From NCBI GenBank assembly GCA_016928715.1, contig JAFGKG010000107.1:1-25348 (forward strand): a stretch of DNA of 25,348 nt. The letters are read 5' to 3'. Below are positions 1-7,728 of this stretch, one piece after another. This DNA is from Chloroflexia bacterium (GTDB taxonomy: Bacteria > Chloroflexota > Chloroflexia > DTKN01). A model generated the notes under the pieces. The model had not been told where the DNA came from and searched no databases. It saw nothing but the letters and a program-made list of their open reading frames with translations. The translations under genes were made by a program, and so were the position numbers. How positions within the stretch are numbered: position 1 is the first letter of the stretch; each line of letters opens with the position of its first letter.

Positions 1-225
1 GTTGATGATGCCGACCATGCTGTGGGTGCCATAGGGGATCACGCGGTTGCCCGACAGGGCGAACAGCAGGCTGAGCGAGCTAAAGAGCAGCGCGGGAAGG
101 GGGAAAAATCCTGCCGGCAGATCCGGCCAGCGGGCCAGCAGCCAGCCCCCACAGAGCAAGAGCAGCAATAGAGCCAGGGCAAAGAACCAGATTTGCCGGC
201 GGCGGCTTCTATGTCCCCGGTGCAC
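1..225 (-). CDS. Partial CDS (5' portion only; gene continues beyond window start): hydrophobic membrane protein N-terminus, probable GTG start at 223-225
   Basis: Minus-strand frame is open from the GTG at 225 to base 1 with no stop. Translation ...RRRQIWFFALALLLLLLCGGWLLARWPDLPAGFFPLPALLFSSLSLLFALSGNRVIPYGTHSMVGIIN reads as TM helices. Not in the ORF track because it has no stop inside the window. Overlaps the end of the next gene by ~17 nt. Confidence 0.3.
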   Translation of the reverse strand, partial: MHRGHRSRRRQIWFFALALLLLLLCGGWLLARWPDLPAGFFPLPALLFSSLSLLFALSGNRVIPYGTHSMVGIIN

Positions 226-991
226 AGCATGCCTCCAGGGCCTGCACCGCCGCCTCGCGCGTCTCATAGACGGAAAAAACCCGGTCAAAGCCAGTGATGT
301 GCAGCACGCGGGCCACGCTGTCCCGAGGGCAACAGAACAAAAGCGTGCCCTGCTGCCGTTTGAGATCTTTGGCTACGATGAGCAACACGCGCAGGGCACT
401 GCTGCTGATATAGCCGACCTGGGAGAGGTTCAACAGCAAAAGGCGGGCCCCCGCCTCCAGCGGATCCCGCAGCAGGCGTTCCAACTCGCGGGAGCGGGTC
501 GCATCGATACGGCCTCGTGGGGAAACCTCCGCCGAGCCGTCCGGCAGGTCGGCCCGAAAGCCAATGCAGCGCGTCATGGTCAGCACGTTTTGGCCATCCT
601 CGTGGGCGAACTCGACCCGATCCATCATCCGCCGCATCAAAAAAATGCCCAGGCCGCCCTCGCGGCGTTCCGCCAGAGCGGCATCCAGATTGGGTTCGGG
701 AACACAGTCCGGGTTAAAAGGCGGACTGCTGTCGCGCAGTTGGACCACAAAATCGCGACCCTGCTGCCAACAGAAAAGATGGATCGTACCCTCCAGCCCG
801 TTCTCCTCATAGCCGTGCACAATGATGTTGGTCGCCGCCTCGTCGACGGCCATCTGGATGGAAAAGAGCGCGTTTTCATCCAGCCCCACCTGCCGGCCGG
901 CCTCCATGACAAACTCGCTGATGGGGGTCAGTTGGTTCAACTGGCCGGGAAAGACGCGCTCCAGCAGGTGCTCTCGTTCGGGCATACTCAT
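209..991 (-). CDS. Fusion protein: N-terminal RsbW/SpoIIAB-like GHKL anti-sigma-factor serine kinase + C-terminal STAS (anti-sigma-factor antagonist) domain
   Basis: HATPase_c motifs (DEAATNIIVHG; GGLGIFLMRRMMDRVEF) in the first ~145 aa. STAS-like C-terminus (LLLNLSQVGYISSSALRVLLIVAKDLKRQQGTLLFCCPRDSVARVLHITGFDRVFSVY) with the Ser cluster at the position of the SpoIIAA/RsbV phospho-serine. Start moved from the track's 1051 to ATG 991 (MSMPEREHLL...), which has a GAGG 6 nt upstream. The 991-1051 stretch has poor third-position GC. Confidence 0.75.
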   Translation of the reverse strand: MSMPEREHLLERVFPGQLNQLTPISEFVMEAGRQVGLDENALFSIQMAVDEAATNIIVHGYEENGLEGTIHLFCWQQGRDFVVQLRDSSPPFNPDCVPEPNLDAALAERREGGLGIFLMRRMMDRVEFAHEDGQNVLTMTRCIGFRADLPDGSAEVSPRGRIDATRSRELERLLRDPLEAGARLLLLNLSQVGYISSSALRVLLIVAKDLKRQQGTLLFCCPRDSVARVLHITGFDRVFSVYETREAAVQALEACCAPGT

Positions 992-1170
992 CCACAACCT
1001 CTGTTCGGTAAAAGACCTAGGGCTTGCCCAAGGTCGCTCCCGAATTGCCAATCGGGCCGGGCTGCCGATCCGAGGCCGACCCTCGCAGCACGCCTTAAAA
1101 CCCTTGGGGGCGGCCCCATTTCCATCCTTTGTGGCGGCCGACCATAAAACAGCGCTGGAAAATCCCTGCT

Positions 1171-1199
1171 ATCATAACACATCTCCAGGGCCTTGACAA
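1171..1199 (-). promoter_or_regulatory. Sigma70-like promoter for the kinase-STAS gene: TTGTCA (1199-1194) - 17 nt - TATGAT (1176-1171)
   Basis: Read directly from the reverse complement: cTTGTCAaggccctggagatgtgtTATGATagc. Its -35 overlaps the plus-strand TTGACA at 1193-1198 within the near-palindrome cttgacaag. Confidence 0.4.
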
Positions 1200-1236
1200 G
1201 CACCGTATTGACAAGTCGGCCCATTCAGGGTACACT
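1193..1236 (+). promoter_or_regulatory. Sigma70-like promoter for the SPFH gene: TTGACA (1208-1213) - 17 nt - TACACT (1231-1236), preceded by a second TTGACAAG copy at 1193-1200
   Basis: ccTTGACAAGcaccgtaTTGACAAGtcggcccattcagggTACACTagg. Direct repeat of TTGACAAG at 15-nt spacing. A ~140-nt 5' UTR then leads to GAAGGAG 1368-1374 and ATG 1381. Confidence 0.5.
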
Positions 1237-1380
1237 AGGGGCGAAACCATGCTCTGCACGGGGACAAGAGCAGCAACGGACAACGGTCCAGCCCCGAGAT
1301 GGGGCTAAAACATAGGCCATAAACGGCCCCGCAGCACGGCTGACCATAACAAGAGCACGTTCAGAGCGAAGGAGATGACG

Positions 1381-2508
1381 ATGCAAGAGGGCAAGTTAAA
1401 GTTCATGCTACGCGGAGTCCTTTTGCTGCTGGCAGTCTTTTTCCTGGGATGGATCATCGCCAAAGGGCCTGATCTGGGGACAGGGTCTCTGCGGGGAAAC
1501 TGGCTTGGTCTCTTGGCCTGGCTGCTGACCATGTTCGTCATGCTCTATACCTCGGTCAAGGTGCTCTTTGGTTTTTATGAAGAACCTGGCCAGATCAAAT
1601 ATGGCCTAATGTATTGGGTAGCCAGCCTCTTTATGGGTCAGAAAAAGGTCCAGATCATCTTTCCCGACGGCCGTAAACTGGTGGTCAAGCCGGACGGTCC
1701 CCTGGCCAGCATCTTTGCCAAACTAGACGCCCCGGGCATCCTCATCATTGAAAACGGCGCGGCCGTCATCCTGGAACGCAGCGGCCGCCTGACCCGCATC
1801 CACGGCCCGGGTATCGCCTTTACCCTCGAGTTTGAAAAGATCGCCGAAGTCATTGACCTGCGGCCCAAGATCGCCGAGTGCAACATTGACAACATCCAGA
1901 CCAAGGACGGCTTTATCTTTTCCCTCCGTCCCATTTATGCCACCTACCAGATCGCCACCGGCTTTAACCGCAGAGATGGCAAATATACCTACAACGAGAG
2001 TGACATTATCCGCCTCTATTACGAGGGCGGTTTCCTGCACTCCCGCGAACGCACCGTGGACACTGAGAAACGGGTCCTGGGGCTATTAGAGTATTACACG
2101 CGCAACGTGGCCAATGAAAAGACGATCAACCAAATTGCTCGCCTGAACAGAGCGGGGGATAGCAGGACGGAGATGATCCAGCAACTCGAGGAGGCCTGCC
2201 AGCCGGTCTTGCTGGAGTATGGCATCCACTTGACCGGGATCGACATCGGCCGCATCCTGCTGCCCCCCGAGTTTACCCAGCGGCGCGCCATTCGTGAGAC
2301 CGGGGAGAGCCTGAGCCAGGTCATCACCCTCATCCAAAAAAGCATGGCCGACGTGCAGCACGTCGCCCCCCACGTCGCCATCAACATGGCCGATAACCTC
2401 GAACGCCTGGCCCAGGAGGCCGTCCGGCTGGCCACGGTTTTTGAACAAGGCCCCACAACAGCTCAACTACCGCCAGAAGAGGACACGGAAAAGAGGAAAG
2501 GCAAGTAG
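1381..2508 (+). CDS. SPFH / band-7 (stomatin-prohibitin-flotillin-HflK/C) family membrane protein
   Basis: N-terminal TM segment (LLLLAVFFLGWIIA) followed by a typical SPFH core (KLVVKPDGPLASIF...ILIIENGAAVILERSGRLTRIHGPGIAFTLEFEKIAEVIDLRPKIAE) and a helical/charged C-terminus. Start placed at the second ATG (1381), 6 nt after GGAG. ATG 1375 directly abuts the SD. Confidence 0.85.
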   Translation: MQEGKLKFMLRGVLLLLAVFFLGWIIAKGPDLGTGSLRGNWLGLLAWLLTMFVMLYTSVKVLFGFYEEPGQIKYGLMYWVASLFMGQKKVQIIFPDGRKLVVKPDGPLASIFAKLDAPGILIIENGAAVILERSGRLTRIHGPGIAFTLEFEKIAEVIDLRPKIAECNIDNIQTKDGFIFSLRPIYATYQIATGFNRRDGKYTYNESDIIRLYYEGGFLHSRERTVDTEKRVLGLLEYYTRNVANEKTINQIARLNRAGDSRTEMIQQLEEACQPVLLEYGIHLTGIDIGRILLPPEFTQRRAIRETGESLSQVITLIQKSMADVQHVAPHVAINMADNLERLAQEAVRLATVFEQGPTTAQLPPEEDTEKRKGK

Positions 2509-2530
2509 CGCGGCCGGCCAAAGCCGCCCC

Positions 2531-3040
2531 TCAGCTCCAACCTTGCCAATAGCGACGACCTCTTGGTCGCTTGCCCTCGGTCGGAGAGAGAGCCGGTACC
2601 TGCGCCGCGGCTTCCTTCAGGGGGCCCAACGGAATGCCCAATGCCTGCAGCAGGGAGGAAAGAGTGTCGTAAAAGCCCTGGAGGTATTCCCGAGCACCCC
2701 GCTCGTCTTGGGCGAACTCTAACATGGGGCTGGCCGAAAGGAGCAGCGACACGGTCAGGTTTTGCAGGTCCTGGGCAAACCAGACCTCGACGGCATTCAG
2801 CCACTCGGTGGGCTCGGCCGTGGGGTGGGCCAGGGCATCCAAGGGAAAGCCAAAGACCAGCAGCAGCGAGCGCACCGCCACCCGGCAGCCCTGCACGTAG
2901 CTCTGCAGCCGAGCCCCAGGTTCGCAGTCGTCCTGCAGCCAACGATCCTCTGCTGGAAGCTCTGTAGGGGCCAGCTTGGCCGCATAGATGGCACGGATAA
3001 AATTATATAATTCTTGGCGAGTCCATACTTCAGCAGGCAT
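2531..3040 (-). CDS. Hypothetical protein (~169 aa), no recognisable motif
   Basis: Open frame with protein-like composition. Start chosen at ATG 3040 (MPAEVWTRQELYNF...). Convergent with the SPFH gene, stop codons 22 nt apart. Confidence 0.5.
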   Translation of the reverse strand: MPAEVWTRQELYNFIRAIYAAKLAPTELPAEDRWLQDDCEPGARLQSYVQGCRVAVRSLLLVFGFPLDALAHPTAEPTEWLNAVEVWFAQDLQNLTVSLLLSASPMLEFAQDERGAREYLQGFYDTLSSLLQALGIPLGPLKEAAAQVPALSPTEGKRPRGRRYWQGWS

Positions 3041-3138
3041 AGCTGCTTCCTGAGCAGATCTCGGCAGGCCGACCAAACATGTGTTCTATGACCCTATGAT
3101 AGCGCAAAAGACAGCTCTTGTCAACCAGGAGGTTCCTG

Positions 3139-3705
3139 ATGAACCCTTCGACCATCATCGAGTACTTTCCGCTGCAAATCATGAGCCACGAACAACTCGA
3201 AGAGTTGGTCCAACAGGCCCGTGAGGAAACCAAGCGCAGCAGATTCGGCCAGGGCAAACTCAAAAAAGAAGATCAGCCTATCTGCGACATTTGGGAAGGA
3301 CTGGCCGAGCATGTCGCCCAAGCGGTCCTGGACACCCACCTCTATGGAGAGGGTGCCCCCAAAAACTGGCGACAAATCGTCGAGTCAGAGCTGGGGAGTA
3401 TGGAAACAACATACTCGGACGAAATCTGCCGCCAGGTCCGCGCCCTGTACAAAAACTATCTGGATGCGCTCTATGGGATCCTGCAGCGCCACACCCTGCG
3501 CAACATCCCCACCGGCCTCTATAGCACTCAGGGCTACCTGGTGCTCAGAGGGGTCCGCTTTTTCCGCTACACCATGCTGCGCGATACCCCGGAAAAAAGC
3601 TCCCTGGCGCAGTTGCTGGAGATCATGTACAAGGGCGGCTTTCGCTTCGAGCTCGAGTTCGATTTCAAACCACTGACCGGGGAATGGAGACCCCGAGATC
3701 GCTGA
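3139..3705 (+). CDS. Hypothetical protein (~188 aa), no recognisable motif
   Basis: AGGAGG at 3127-3132 followed by ATG 3139 (MNPSTIIEYFPLQ...). Balanced, non-low-complexity composition. Ends 11 nt before the stop of the convergent 1019-aa gene. Confidence 0.6.
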   Translation: MNPSTIIEYFPLQIMSHEQLEELVQQAREETKRSRFGQGKLKKEDQPICDIWEGLAEHVAQAVLDTHLYGEGAPKNWRQIVESELGSMETTYSDEICRQVRALYKNYLDALYGILQRHTLRNIPTGLYSTQGYLVLRGVRFFRYTMLRDTPEKSSLAQLLEIMYKGGFRFELEFDFKPLTGEWRPRDR

Positions 3706-3716
3706 TACTGTCGCCA

Positions 3717-6700
3717 CTACCGCCTTTTCTTCTTGTCCCGCTCCTGCCAGTAGGTCAGGAACAGGCCCAGGTAATCCGGCCACTCTATGATAGGCTTGAT
3801 CTCAAAAGGCGGCGTCCGGGTGACGTACAGCTCCAGCCCCTCCCGGGGCATGTCATAGTGCCAATAGAAAAAGTTGTGCAGATTCCACCGCTCCAGCTTC
3901 TCCCTGACCATGCTCCGGACACGCTTATCGAGCTCTGGTGCTCCGGACTCGTTCAGAGCGATCAGTTCATCCAACTGCTCGTGGATAGAATCCGCCAACA
4001 TGTCCACGAGACCCTTCCAATTGACAATAACATTGCGCTCCAGCAGGCTGCGAATATCCTGCCGCTCCGCGCCAGCCTGATGCAGCGACCCGAACCCGTC
4101 TAGCAGGTCGATCACCGTCCGGGTCAGCCCGTCCAAGTCCCCCTGCCAACCCGGCCGCAATTTGGCCTGCAAAAACTGCCGCACATACTGGCGCTCCTCC
4201 TCGCCCTGCAATCCGCTCTGCCGCACGGCCTTGAAGCGATCCAGGTTTTCAGAGACAAACTCGATCATCCCGTCCAAAAGATCCTCGCGATGGGCCATCT
4301 GGTCCAGGGCCCGGGTGACCTCGCTGAGACGGTTCCGCTGCAGGAGCCACTCCTCCAACTTGGAGGCATAGTCTACTCGATCGGATATCCACTGCAGCGA
4401 GTAGTAAAGTTCCTGCAAAAACCTGATCCAATAATCCGCAAGTCGATGGGCTCGCTCGGCCCGAATATGGGCTCGGATTTGCACCGCTGCCGGCAAATCC
4501 TGCCCCGCTTCAAGATCCTCCTCTATCTCTTGTATGACACCAGAGATCAACCGGGCCAGGTCGGCGACGCCTTTCTGCCAACCGGGGAAAAGCGCCCCTG
4601 CCAACCAGGCCGCCAAGCGCTCCCGCACGAGCTCGGACTCGGCCGGAGCCAGCGACAGGCCCTCCGAGAGCCAGGACTGCAGTTGAACCCAGTCACGCCG
4701 GAGTTGATTTCGCAGCCGCCGCCTCAGCCAGCGGCGCAACCGTTCGCCCTGCCAAGCGGCATTGGGGATAACCAGGCCAGAGGCCTCGAACAATGGGGTC
4801 CAGGGAAAATTCTCGAACAGGGGCAACTCGGTCTTGGCCAGATTGGACTCGACCAATTGGAGAAAGTGACCCTCCAGGTCTTTTTCCAACTCCCCCTTGC
4901 GTTTCAGCGGCCGGCCCCACAAATCCCCGGCCAGGGCATCCCACTTTTGCAGTCGCTGCCTGTAATCAGACAGACATTTGCCCCAAATTTCGTCGACGAT
5001 CTGGCGGGCCTCCTCTAGATCCAGACGGCGGCCGCGCTCATCCCAGGCCCCCTGTAATTTAGTCTCGAGGATCTGGTCCGGCCGGTGCAGCACCACCGCC
5101 TCCACACGGCCCAGATAGGCTTTGACCACATCCTCGATCAGACCGGGATCCAGAACAACACGATCCGCCAGCAATGGGGCCAGCAGTTTGTTGGCCTTTT
5201 CGGTCAATAAAGCCCGATCCAGGCAGATCCCCAGAACAACATCACTCCCAAACAGACGGGATTCGACCTGTTCCAATTGATCCGGGGTCAGTTGCAAGTT
5301 GTAGCCAGCCAGGGCCTCGTTCAGGCGACCCCGCCAATCATCCAACTTGGATGTAAGCAGCGTCCCACGGATCGCCAGGACCGCGGCGCGAGCGGCCTGG
5401 GCCAGCTCTTCCGATCCGCTCCCACCGGCCTGCTCCAACAACATCCCCCGCAGATACGCCTCCACAGATCCTGTCCCAACATGCCACTGCAGCCAGCCCC
5501 AAAAGTACTTTTGGAACAAAGCGATCTGCCGCGGGCTCAAGGGCATGGCATGGTCGTATTCCTTCAATGCCCGGCCGCAGGCCCTGTACAAATCCTCCTG
5601 CACCCGCCGGCACAATCGCCAGACAAAATCCTCGAGGGCTTGCAGGAGCTCCTCTCGATCCTTCTGCAAAGAGTCCGCCAGTCCACTGTATGCCGACTGT
5701 ATCAAAGCGGCAAGCTGCTGCAGGGATTCCTGCCATCCGGGGAAAAAATAGCGGTTCAGCCATCCCACCAGGACCTGTCGATCCATCGCCTGTCGCAGCA
5801 AAAGGATTGTGTCGGGGGACAAGGTCTCCCGCGCCTCCTGCGAAGGCTCGCGCAGAAATTGGCGCCACTGCTCCAGAACGTGGTCCGGCGGCAGCCGCAG
5901 GCGCTCCAGGTCACGCCCCTGAGCTTCCTCTCGCAGCTTTTGCACGAGCCCGGTCGGCAACTGCAGTTGCGAGAACTCGGCAAGGTCCTGCTGATGCATG
6001 GACTGCTCGATCAGCTTGGCCACCTCGCCCTGCGAGGGCAGTTCCTGCAAAGAGAGGGGCTCTGTCCGCAGCGCCCGCCAGTCCCGCCAGAAATCTCGCA
6101 CAAAGAGGCCCAGCAACTCGATCAGTCGCGAGACCTCGTTAGTTTCCAAGCGATCGGGGAGATTCAATAACGGCTCATCATCAATATCAAATCTCTCTCC
6201 CCGCCGCTGCAGCACGGCTTCGGACTGCACGTTAAAGGTCACCCGAATTCGATCGCGGGCCGCACTGCCAGAACGCAGCCATTCCACGATATCGTCCCAG
6301 TTCTGCAGACGAATGACCCGGCCGACCGCGCAGCTCACCAATAACAGCAGGGTCCCCCCAAAAAGAAAGCGCAGGGGTTTATAGCTAAAGCAAACGAGAT
6401 CGAGCAGCACCAAGGGGGCCATTCGCAGCAGGGTGCTGCGGCCCTTTTCGACTTTGCCCAGGGCCAAATACAACAGGGCCGTGATCGCGGCGGCCAACAA
6501 GACCAGGAAAAAGGCGCTCAGATATAACGAGAGATCCCCCTCCGGACTGCGCACCCACATCCAAAGCCACTGCAGCACAACCATCAACACTGTACTCAGC
6601 CAAGATCCCAACCCGGCACAGACGGCCACAAAGGGAGCGTAATAGGCATAGTACCACGGTCCAGGCGACTTGGCCCCCAGGCCTAGGCGATAGAAAAGCC

Positions 6701-6776
6701 AAAAGCGCACCATTTCCAGGATAAAGGTGAGACCGAAGGTCATGACCAGCATGACTTCGGTGCGAAAATTCTCCAT
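3717..6776 (-). CDS. Large (~1019 aa) membrane-anchored protein: N-terminal ~170-aa polytopic TM domain + ~850-aa helical cytoplasmic domain with 4 internal repeats containing a [F/R]PGWQ core; unknown function
   Basis: TM helices in the first ~170 aa (e.g. VMLVMTFGLTFILEMVRFWLFY; FFLVLLAAAITALLYLAL). Repeats: NRYFFPGWQESLQQLAALIQSAY / AGALFPGWQKGVADLARLISGVIQE / AKLRPGWQGDLDGLTRTVIDLL / FQKYFWGWLQWHVGTG. No P-loop. Start set at ATG 6776 (MENFRTEV) with GGAG 6 nt upstream. The track's TTG at 6803 would lie inside the 5' UTR. Confidence 0.7.
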   Translation of the reverse strand: MENFRTEVMLVMTFGLTFILEMVRFWLFYRLGLGAKSPGPWYYAYYAPFVAVCAGLGSWLSTVLMVVLQWLWMWVRSPEGDLSLYLSAFFLVLLAAAITALLYLALGKVEKGRSTLLRMAPLVLLDLVCFSYKPLRFLFGGTLLLLVSCAVGRVIRLQNWDDIVEWLRSGSAARDRIRVTFNVQSEAVLQRRGERFDIDDEPLLNLPDRLETNEVSRLIELLGLFVRDFWRDWRALRTEPLSLQELPSQGEVAKLIEQSMHQQDLAEFSQLQLPTGLVQKLREEAQGRDLERLRLPPDHVLEQWRQFLREPSQEARETLSPDTILLLRQAMDRQVLVGWLNRYFFPGWQESLQQLAALIQSAYSGLADSLQKDREELLQALEDFVWRLCRRVQEDLYRACGRALKEYDHAMPLSPRQIALFQKYFWGWLQWHVGTGSVEAYLRGMLLEQAGGSGSEELAQAARAAVLAIRGTLLTSKLDDWRGRLNEALAGYNLQLTPDQLEQVESRLFGSDVVLGICLDRALLTEKANKLLAPLLADRVVLDPGLIEDVVKAYLGRVEAVVLHRPDQILETKLQGAWDERGRRLDLEEARQIVDEIWGKCLSDYRQRLQKWDALAGDLWGRPLKRKGELEKDLEGHFLQLVESNLAKTELPLFENFPWTPLFEASGLVIPNAAWQGERLRRWLRRRLRNQLRRDWVQLQSWLSEGLSLAPAESELVRERLAAWLAGALFPGWQKGVADLARLISGVIQEIEEDLEAGQDLPAAVQIRAHIRAERAHRLADYWIRFLQELYYSLQWISDRVDYASKLEEWLLQRNRLSEVTRALDQMAHREDLLDGMIEFVSENLDRFKAVRQSGLQGEEERQYVRQFLQAKLRPGWQGDLDGLTRTVIDLLDGFGSLHQAGAERQDIRSLLERNVIVNWKGLVDMLADSIHEQLDELIALNESGAPELDKRVRSMVREKLERWNLHNFFYWHYDMPREGLELYVTRTPPFEIKPIIEWPDYLGLFLTYWQERDKKKRR

Positions 6777-6847
6777 GGCAAGCTCCACTACCACTCTGGA
6801 CAAATCGGCTTTTCCAGCGCCCCTGGTTCTTGGTCCAACACGATACC

Positions 6848-6876
6848 ATTATAGCCAAAGCCGGCAGCCCCGTCAA
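6848..6876 (-). promoter_or_regulatory. Strong sigma70-type promoter TTGACG (6876-6871) - 17 nt - TATAAT (6853-6848) driving the 1019-aa membrane repeat protein gene
   Basis: Reverse complement reads cttgTTGACGgggctgccggctttggcTATAATggtatcg: consensus -10, near-consensus -35, 17-nt spacer. About 65-nt leader to ATG 6776. Confidence 0.55.
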
Positions 6877-6898
6877 CAAGTCCCCGTGGCCCACTCGT

Positions 6899-7720
6899 TC
6901 AAGTCTTTTCCAGGACCGCCAACTGAAACGCGTGTTGGGCCTCCACCATCTGCCCCGGGTCCTCGTAGCGCCGCCGCAACCACTCCCGCAGCTTCTGCAG
7001 GGAGCGCTGGTGCAGATCTTCCGGCACACGCCAGGAATCGGAAAAGGCCCGTTCGGCGACGTGCTCCAGGACCTGCGCCGGGCAGGCCCGGCCCGACCAT
7101 ACCGCCGCGTCGGCTGCCTGTTGGGGCTGCAGGCCCAGCTCGCGCAGGGCCCGGCGCAGCCGTTCCGGCTCGCTCTGGCCCGGCCAACTCACCCGTCCGC
7201 CCATCGAGACCACGATCTCGCGCCAGCGCCCCATCACCTCCTCAAAGGGATTGGGCGTCCCCCAGCGCACCCAGCCCAACAGAAAGCAGCCCCCCGGAGC
7301 GAGCACCCGCCGCGCTTCGGCCAGGGCGGCGCGCCATCCACCGACCAGGTGGAACAGGTAGACGGCCAGGACGGCCTGAAAAGCGCCCCCGGCAAAGGGC
7401 AGGTGCACCACGTCGGCCTCGACCAGGGGGAGGCGCCCCGGTCCCTCCTTGGCCCGCAGCGCCTCCAACATGGGCCGCGACAGGTCGATCCCGGTCACCC
7501 GCAGGCCCCGCGCGGCCAGGGGCAGGGCCAGGCGGCCCGTCCCCACCCCCAGGTCCAACAGGGCCGCGCCCGGCCCCAGCCCGGCCAGCCGGCAGATGCC
7601 GGCCGCCACCCGCTCCGCCACGCCGGGAGGAAAGCCCCGGGTGCGATCGTACAGCGGGGCCGCCCGGTCAAAGGGCAGGGAGCCCCCCCGCAAGGCCGGT
7701 TCGACTACAAAAGCGGACAT
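6899..7720 (-). CDS. Class I SAM-dependent methyltransferase
   Basis: Motif I LLDLGVGTGRLALPLAARGLRVTGIDLS and post-I acidic/hydrophobic motifs (LPLVEADVVHLPF; LAPGGCFLL). Start at ATG 7720 (MSAFVVEP) with AGGAGG 5 nt upstream, 9 nt after the stop of the upstream gene. Confidence 0.8.
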   Translation of the reverse strand: MSAFVVEPALRGGSLPFDRAAPLYDRTRGFPPGVAERVAAGICRLAGLGPGAALLDLGVGTGRLALPLAARGLRVTGIDLSRPMLEALRAKEGPGRLPLVEADVVHLPFAGGAFQAVLAVYLFHLVGGWRAALAEARRVLAPGGCFLLGWVRWGTPNPFEEVMGRWREIVVSMGGRVSWPGQSEPERLRRALRELGLQPQQAADAAVWSGRACPAQVLEHVAERAFSDSWRVPEDLHQRSLQKLREWLRRRYEDPGQMVEAQHAFQLAVLEKT

Positions 7721-7728
7721 CGGGCCTC

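Noticed and set aside
47-1147. 366-aa plus-strand ORF
   Set aside because: Antisense to the motif-supported kinase-STAS gene. R/A/P/G-rich low-complexity translation typical of shadow ORFs in high-GC DNA.
1237-1380. Possible riboswitch or structured leader in the ~140-nt SPFH 5' UTR
   Set aside because: No recognisable riboswitch consensus. Only short local hairpins (ccccgagatgggg).
2509-2530. Bidirectional terminator between the convergent SPFH and 2531..3040 genes
   Set aside because: Only a weak 5-bp stem (gcggc...gccgc) with an 8-nt loop and no T-tract. Not supportable as an intrinsic terminator.
4290-6170. Plus-strand ORFs 4290..5018 and 5277..6170
   Set aside because: Antisense to the 1019-aa gene. 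Q/L/P-rich mirror of its codon usage.
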